DNA of 64,000 nucleotides from Blastocystis sp. Blastoise (Eukaryota; Protista; Bigyra: Opalinata), in the NCBI GenBank assembly GCA_039096225.1, contig JBBPEB010000006.1:248001-312000 (forward strand), written 5' to 3'. Each line of letters starts with the position of its first letter. The first letter of the stretch is position 1. Made by a program: the position numbers and the translations under genes. The notes beneath the pieces are model-generated. The model ran no database searches. It was not told the DNA's origin and saw nothing but the letters and a program-made list of their open reading frames with translations. Positions 54,635-64,000 of this stretch are shown one piece after another.

Positions 54635-55004
54635 TATTCACTTGGATGAATGGAACAAGATTGAGAAGGATATTCTATATATATACTCTATTTTCTGTGT
54701 ATATATACATCTATATATATATATATATTATTAACATGCCAACAACTACGTTATCCCCTACTTTTAGAGTCATGGATCATCGTTATTTCTATGTATATTT
54801 ATTGGATCGCTAGTAAATAGCATTATTCTTCAAGGTCAGATGGAACCGAATGACGCGTTGTATCTATCCACTATCCGTTTGGCCTGGTCACGTGCATCTA
54901 AACATGTGACTGAAGACCAATTAAATGACATCCGTAAATATGTGGAAGTAGAGAAATGGGATTGTGTTTCGAATATTCGAATTATTATTGAAAGCTATCA
55001 TACG

Positions 55005-55061
<57 letters not shown>

Positions 55062-55394
55062 CTGCTGTATATCTACCCTTAACAATTGCTATATATTCCT
55101 ATATATATGAAGGAAATCTATTAGACCTTATTAACATGGTTTGTGTTCTTGGTGACCAAGCATGCGTCAACACGGCAGTTGTAACGGCTATTATGGGTGC
55201 CAAAGGAGGTATTGGGTCTATTCTAAATACATTAACAGTATATATATTATATATATTATATATTATATATAAATCGAGTCTATTCATATATTACATATAT
55301 GTCTATATATATATAGTATTATGTGAATCATCTTCCTTATAAAAACATTTTAGATCGTGATATTAATTTATTTCTTAATGCTATGACATCCTAA
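52416..55394 (+). CDS. N-acylated LRR + ADP-ribosylglycohydrolase-fold protein (catalytic Asp residues replaced); about 16 exons, 3 U12 introns
   Basis: MGSCSSK N-terminus, about five LxxLxLxxNxxxxLP repeats, acidic linker, then [17 protein letters not shown] and [17 protein letters not shown]. All exons join in one frame to TAA at 55392-55394. Confidence 0.75.
52866..52960 (+). other. U12-type AT-AA intron (95 nt, phase 2)
   Basis: Donor ATATCTTTC, branch TTTTCTTAAT at 52943-52952, end TCCAA. Removal restores the LRR register SYNRISHLPCEL. Confidence 0.75.
53497..53605 (+). other. U12-type AT-AC intron (109 nt, phase 1)
   Basis: Donor ATATCCCT, branch TCTTTAAC at 53589-53596, end ATTAC. 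Joins [12 protein letters not shown] in frame. Confidence 0.75.
54260..54332 (+). other. U12-type AT-AC intron (73 nt, phase 0) with a pure (TA)n interior
   Basis: ATATCC(TA)nTCTTTAACCAAGTAC. Joins DYIHH|[10 protein letters not shown] and corrects the frame. Confidence 0.85.
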
Positions 55395-56392
55395 TATATA
55401 TATATATATATATATAAAGAGAGAAATCATTAGTGAGTACTACAAATAGTTATCATACCATTATTAATAGAATTACATTCATCTTCACATATATATATAG
55501 CTTTATATTCCATTTCCTTTCCTTTTTTTTATTTTACTTTTTATACTTAAATATTTCATTTCTTTTCTTTTTTTTTATGTTTCTTTTAGATCTAAAAAAT
55601 ACTAATTATATTTCTATCTATATTTCATTTGGTATTAAAAAATATATGTATTTGACTTTCTAATATGGTACATTATTATTCCTTCAAATATATATATATA
55701 TTTCTCTGATCATTTTATTCCCATAGTTGAGTAAATAATACATAGTTTCATCATAATTTTGTTTAGTTATATAGATCTAGATCTATTATTAGGTGCACTA
55801 TATAATATATAATATAACTACAAATTACTTTTAGTTTACAATAATTCATACTAAAATATCTTTATAGTAGCTTTACTATCAATCCTATGTACTCACATGT
55901 AACAGTATATAATGTGATAATATAAACAATGCAACTATTATTGTATTTGAATAGATCAGTGTCATTTATTATATAGTGGTATTAATCATAGATTATTAGT
56001 GTATCTATAATGTTGATAGTTCACTATTTAAAAATGGAATAAACATGATATCCATGGTTATATACTATTTATCATACCTTTCTACAATTCAAATAATATT
56101 TACTTTTTTTTGTTTATTTAAAAAATTAAATAATATATAACAAATAAATATGCAAAACAATGAGGATTTCAATTCAGAAAGAATTATTATATACAAAATG
56201 AAGAAAATAAACAAAAAATTGAAAAGTGTATATATAAAAAGAAAAGATACATGAAAAGTATATATAATAATATACATCTAATAGTAGTATCTAGCAAACA
56301 ACGTAAAATACATATAACTACATTATTATATCTATATATTAAATATATATATAGGAGAAAAGGTGTAATTTAAAAAACAATTCGATTATTAT

Positions 56393-59034
<2,642 letters not shown>

Positions 59035-59799
59035 TAATGTTACCTAACTACTTTAATCAAAGTATTCAATAAACTCTCACTGTGTTATATATCTAAAGCC
59101 TAATAAATAATAAGTTTTTTCTGTAGTTACACCTTGTTAGGACTTACTATTTCTTATTTAAATGAATTCCAAAATACCCGTAAAAATATCAAAGCTTTTA
59201 CAATTCATTTTTTTAACTTTTTCATATTCTTTTCTCCATAATAATAATTTATTTTGAATGATTGAACATTAGGTAGAGTTGATATTGTTGCAAAACATTC
59301 ATTTTAGATGTCTTATCTAATTTTTAATAAAGATTTAGTTTATTAAAATCTTAATCTTTTAATTAAATTGAGAATATATCTATTGTGTGCATATGATATG
59401 AGTCAGTTAATAAATTAAGTTCATTATAATAAATAAAGTAGTGAAAAGAAAGTGTGATGTGCTCCAAATGAGGGTATCATAATTTAGAGAGTATTTTGTA
59501 ATTGTTTATTAGAATCTTACAATGTATTGGATTTGTTTGGTACTTAATTGTTCATTCTATCCTTAAAAAGCAAGTACTATGTGAAATAAATCATTAAGTT
59601 AGAATTTGTTATGCATACTTAATAGTATCAGAGTTTAGAAGAAGAATTGTGAAACAGATAATAACCAAACAAAGAAAGAAATTGATATAAAGAAATGTAA
59701 TTTCTGATTATATAATAAAAGATATAAACTATAAAATAATTGGAAATAGCGAAGATGAATACATTGAAAAAAATGAATTAAAAATGAAAAATAAGATGA

Positions 59800-61629
59800 T
59801 TAAATAGCTCCAAAATCTTGAATTTGTTGAATAACTTCATCTATAAAAGAATCGAGTCCTTCTCTTGTATAATAATCACTATTAGCGCAACCACATAAAT
59901 GAGTTGATCCCTGTAGATCTATCCAAATAACAAGTGAAATACAATTTAAGTTAACATTACGATTATTAACACATTGAGTAATAAGAGATCGCTCAAAACA
60001 ATATTCTGGATGAATACCTAAAAAAGATATTTCTACATGAACTCCCTGAGGAGGAGGAGTAGATATAATTGAAGTATTAGTTGTAGTATTATTATTAGTA
60101 GTAGGAATAGAATCCATACGAACTAAATATATATGAATTTTGTATAGAAAAAAAACATTTGGAAAGAAGAATATATAAATAATAAACATAATTAATATAT
60201 ATATAAATTATTTTTAAAAAATAATAGCATGAAATTATAATTAAAATATATATGTATATAATACAATGATTAACATAAATATACTATGTTTTTTCTGAAG
60301 AAGAGTTGAGAGAAGAGGTTGACCTTCGTTTAGCTTGAGATGACATAGAGAATGAAGAGTAGCAGGAGTTATTCTTTGTTGTAAAAGAGACGAAATATCC
60401 GCGGTTATTGGCAACGAGTCAATACAAAGAGATGGACATTTTGGATTCTCTAGAATAGGATAAGTAAATATATATAAGTTGTATATATATAGTGAAACAT
60501 AATATTAATTGTTAATGTATATAGAATAAAGAATATATGTTTAAAATATATTTATAAGTAGAATATAAATAGAATATAAATAGAATATAAATATAATATA
60601 AATATAATATAAATATAATATAAATATAATATAAATAGAATATAAATAGAATATAAATAGAATATAAATATAATATAAATATAATATAAATATAATATAA
60701 ATATAATATAAATATAATATAAATAGATACATATAATATAAATAGATAAATAAAATATAATATAAATATAATATAATATAATATAAATAGAATAAAAACA
60801 ATATAGAAACAATATAAATATAATATATACTTTCTTCAATATTTGTTTTCATATATCTTCTCATATTGACGACAGTTGTTAATCCCACAATACCTTCTTC
60901 TTTATGTTTAATCATGGCTATAGAACGTAGACATACGTAGAGGAACAATCCATGAATACAATTATATTGATTATTAGAACAATTCTTAGCAGCTGTGAAA
61001 GCACGTTGAGAAATATCTGAAGGTATTCTTTTATGGATATTATATCCAATGTGTTCAGAATCAAAAGATAACTGATCTAAATATGTATTTATTTCATCAT
61101 CATGATACTCTAATGTAGGTTTTTCAACTGGATATATATTGTGATTTTTCCAATTACTAGGGAAAAGAATGGAATCTACTTCTTGAAAAGCATCATATGG
61201 AGAAAAAACTCGTGTGTCTTTATTTTGATTTAAATTCATGCATGCATCATATATGTAACAAAATAAGGAAGTTACCATTTGGCCATCAGCAACACCATGA
61301 TGAGCATTTAGAATGATATATTGTTTATCATCTTCGATATACGTGAAGAATTGAAAGAAATAAGTTAGATTTTCAGTTTTCATTCTGTTGATAATAAGTT
61401 CATGTGCTTCTGAGAGAGAGGAAGCAGAAATTGATTTAAAGAAAAGAGGTTCTTCAATCACAAGTTTATAAGAATTCCTTTCTTCATTGAATTGATACCT
61501 TAATATAGGAAATCGAGTTTCAGATGCTTTTATAAGGGATTCATGAACAGAATTCAACGATATTGTATTAGGAATAAGGAAAGAAGTTTGAAAATATATT
61601 TGACCCTCAAAAAAGATATCTTGAGACAT
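59800..61629 (-). CDS. Stand-alone CoA-dependent acyltransferase (condensation/PapA5/Atf superfamily); 3 exons
   Basis: RFPILR, catalytic HHGVADG (HxxxDG) and VVNMRRY. Exons 61629-60830, 60449-60287 and 60122-59800 join in frame. Confidence 0.75.
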
Positions 61630-61892
61630 ACTATTAAACTAATAAAATGAATATATATATAAAATAAAAAGAAAAATTATGTAGAATATCTGAATTTTTT
61701 AATATAGAACTGAATTTCTTCATAGAAAATAGATATAGGATCAGGTTTAAGAGAAAACCGACTCGATAGCGTAGTCACTCGCGGGAAATTACGTTAATTG
61801 GCATAAACTTTGAAATATCAAAACAAAAGAATAAAAAAGGATATGAGTTTGTTCTGAAAACATTTCAACCTGATCTAATAATTGTGAAAAAG

Positions 61893-62381
61893 ATGATGAA
61901 TAATATAAGTAAAGACGATTTAAAGAAACTGTATATTCTTTTAGTGTGTGTATTACGATAATATATAGACGAAGAGCTTCTAGAAAGAAGAAAGTATTTC
62001 CATGGGGCAATTATGATAGATATTATGGATATCGTATACCAAATACAACAGATAATACAGTTGTTGATTTGAATGTATGTTTTTGTTTATTAATTTATAT
62101 GCACATATAATATGTTATTATATATGTATATATATATTACATATAGAAATATTTATTTATATATATTACATTGAATAGGTGTGGGATGATAAACGAATTC
62201 ATTTACTGAAGGAATCGTATTTCCAAAATAAGAGTATTTTGGATATAGGTTGTAATGCAGGTTATGTGACAACTGTTCTCTCAGATATATATCATCCCCA
62301 TTATATATTAGGTATTGATATAGATGATTCTTTAATAAAGAAAGCACGATGGTTAGTAGCTCAAAAGTATAAAAGAGAATG

Positions 62382-62412
<31 letters not shown>

Positions 62413-62595
62413 TATTTGAATTCTCTTGTTATTTAGAATATTATGATTTATATTGTTATATTAAGCATTAAATAAAATTATTTATAAAATATTTTTAAAA
62501 CTATTAATATAATATGTGTTTATTATATCTCTTTTTTCTATATATAATATTATATTTCAATTTTTTTATTTAACACTATACTATAATTAATATAA

Positions 62596-62638
<43 letters not shown>

Positions 62639-63415
62639 CTGCATTAAAGGATGATGATCTTCCTTCTTCCTGTTATTCTCTTCATTTTCGACCATACTTA
62701 CCTCTTTCTCTAGATATGTCGAAATATCCACATAATTTATTTTTTAAAACTGAAAATATTATATCAGATCATCATTATGGCAAAAATTATGATACTATAT
62801 TATGGTATATAGATTTATTATATATATTTGTCTCTATAAATATATACTAGTTTATCCACTATAAAATGGATTCATCTTAATTATGGTGATTCTGGAGTAA
62901 TTCAATTATTCGATAAAGTATACTTTTTGTGTTATCTATTCTATAATTTATATATATATATATATTATATATATTATATATATTATATATATATAGATAT
63001 ATTCTTTATTAGTAAAAGGAGGTATTTTTATATTTGAACCTCAACCGTGGAGTTCATATAAAAAGAAAAGAACTATAAATGAAGTATTTATATAACATAT
63101 ATAACATAACATATATAATATAGCATATTTATAACATATATAACATAACATATATAATATAACATATATATAAAATATATATAACATATTTATAACATAT
63201 AATATAACATATATAATATAACATATATAATATAACATATATCTACATTTATATAGCATGTATATAAAGTATATCATGAAATTCAAATTCATCCTCAAGA
63301 TTTTGAGTCAATTCTAATAAAGAAAGGATTCAAATTAATAGATACGATTAGTCCATCATGCAAAAAAGAGAATGGATTTACAAAAAGAACTCTCTTTATT
63401 TATCAAAAAGAATAA
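61893..63415 (+). CDS. MEPCE: Bin3/MePCE RNA gamma-phosphate methyltransferase; 7 exons
   Basis: FPWGNYDRYYGYR, ILDIGCNAG, ILGIDIDDSLI, YDTILCLSTIKWIHLNYGD and FEPQPWSSY. Confidence 0.92.
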
Positions 63416-63833
63416 TATTTATTATGTATGTTATGTCTGTATATTAATTTTGTTTAGCTATCTTTTGAGTATTTAATAACAAAACACAGTTATAAAATTA
63501 TATATTATTAAACGAGATAATCAATTATATATAAAAGAGAAACATTACATATATAAATAAAATTCGTAGATAATAAATTTATTTTTAAATACATATATAT
63601 AAGAAACAACTATAAACAACAAAAAAAAAAGACATCAACTATTTAGAATAACTAAGAATACTCAGTATGAACAACTATTTCAATTAGAAGAATAAAATAC
63701 TATAAATATTATATAATTCTAATTTATAAGATGAATAAAGAAGATAAAAACAAATAAAGAAGATAAAAACAAATAAAGAAGATAAAAACAAACAAAATAA
63801 ACAAAAAATTAAAATAAAAATATATTCATAGTC

Positions 63834-64000
63834 TTAGTTATCAATAACAGTAATATCAGTTGCACATAATCTCTTATGGAAAACAGATATACGAAAAGTA
63901 ACTTGGTTTCCAATTTCTAAGGGGTTTTCAGTAGCTGCAACATCCTTAAAATGGAAAAAAATATCACGAACACCAGCGATTCGTACAGAAGAACGAATAC
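63834..64000 (-). CDS. C-terminal cold-shock domain of a gene extending beyond the window
   Basis: ..RDIFFHFKDV..LEIGNQVTFRI..CATDITVIDN*, with the CSD RNP2 motif IFFH. Confidence 0.75.
   Translation of the reverse strand, partial: IRSSVRIAGVRDIFFHFKDVAATENPLEIGNQVTFRISVFHKRLCATDITVIDN

Overview
Very AT-rich, intron-dense eukaryotic nuclear DNA read with the standard code. The gene set and intron style point to a protist. A stramenopile of the Blastocystis type is my best guess, and that is inference only. I reconstructed by eye 22 protein genes, two of them cut by the window edges: TRIC/TMEM38-like channel, K+-independent H+-PPase, mitochondrial aspartate aminotransferase, NDR kinase, N-carbamoylputrescine amidase, RPC4, BRK1 (missed by the ORF track), an At3g28720-like membrane protein, AMPK-beta, a secretory C2H2 protein, a CoA-carrier-like SLC25, RTEL1, 2-Cys peroxiredoxin, PFAS, a Cys-rich secreted protein, FolD, DYRK, an LRR + degenerate ADP-ribosylhydrolase fusion, a PNUTS-like protein, an HHxxxDG acyltransferase, Bin3/MePCE and a cold-shock-domain protein. 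There is also a tRNA-Sec gene and a probable ubiquitin-like pseudogene. The most striking signal is the splicing system. (1) Six AT-initiated U12-type introns (5 AT-AC, 1 AT-AA) occur among roughly 140 introns, each with a U12-like branch site about 8-11 nt from the 3' end, and they cluster in three genes. (2) Most major introns have (TA)n termini and no polypyrimidine tract, and at least three are nothing but GT(AT)nAG. (3) Two further junctions need AT-AG or GT-AA ends to restore conserved motifs. All gene models are manual and need RNA-seq confirmation.
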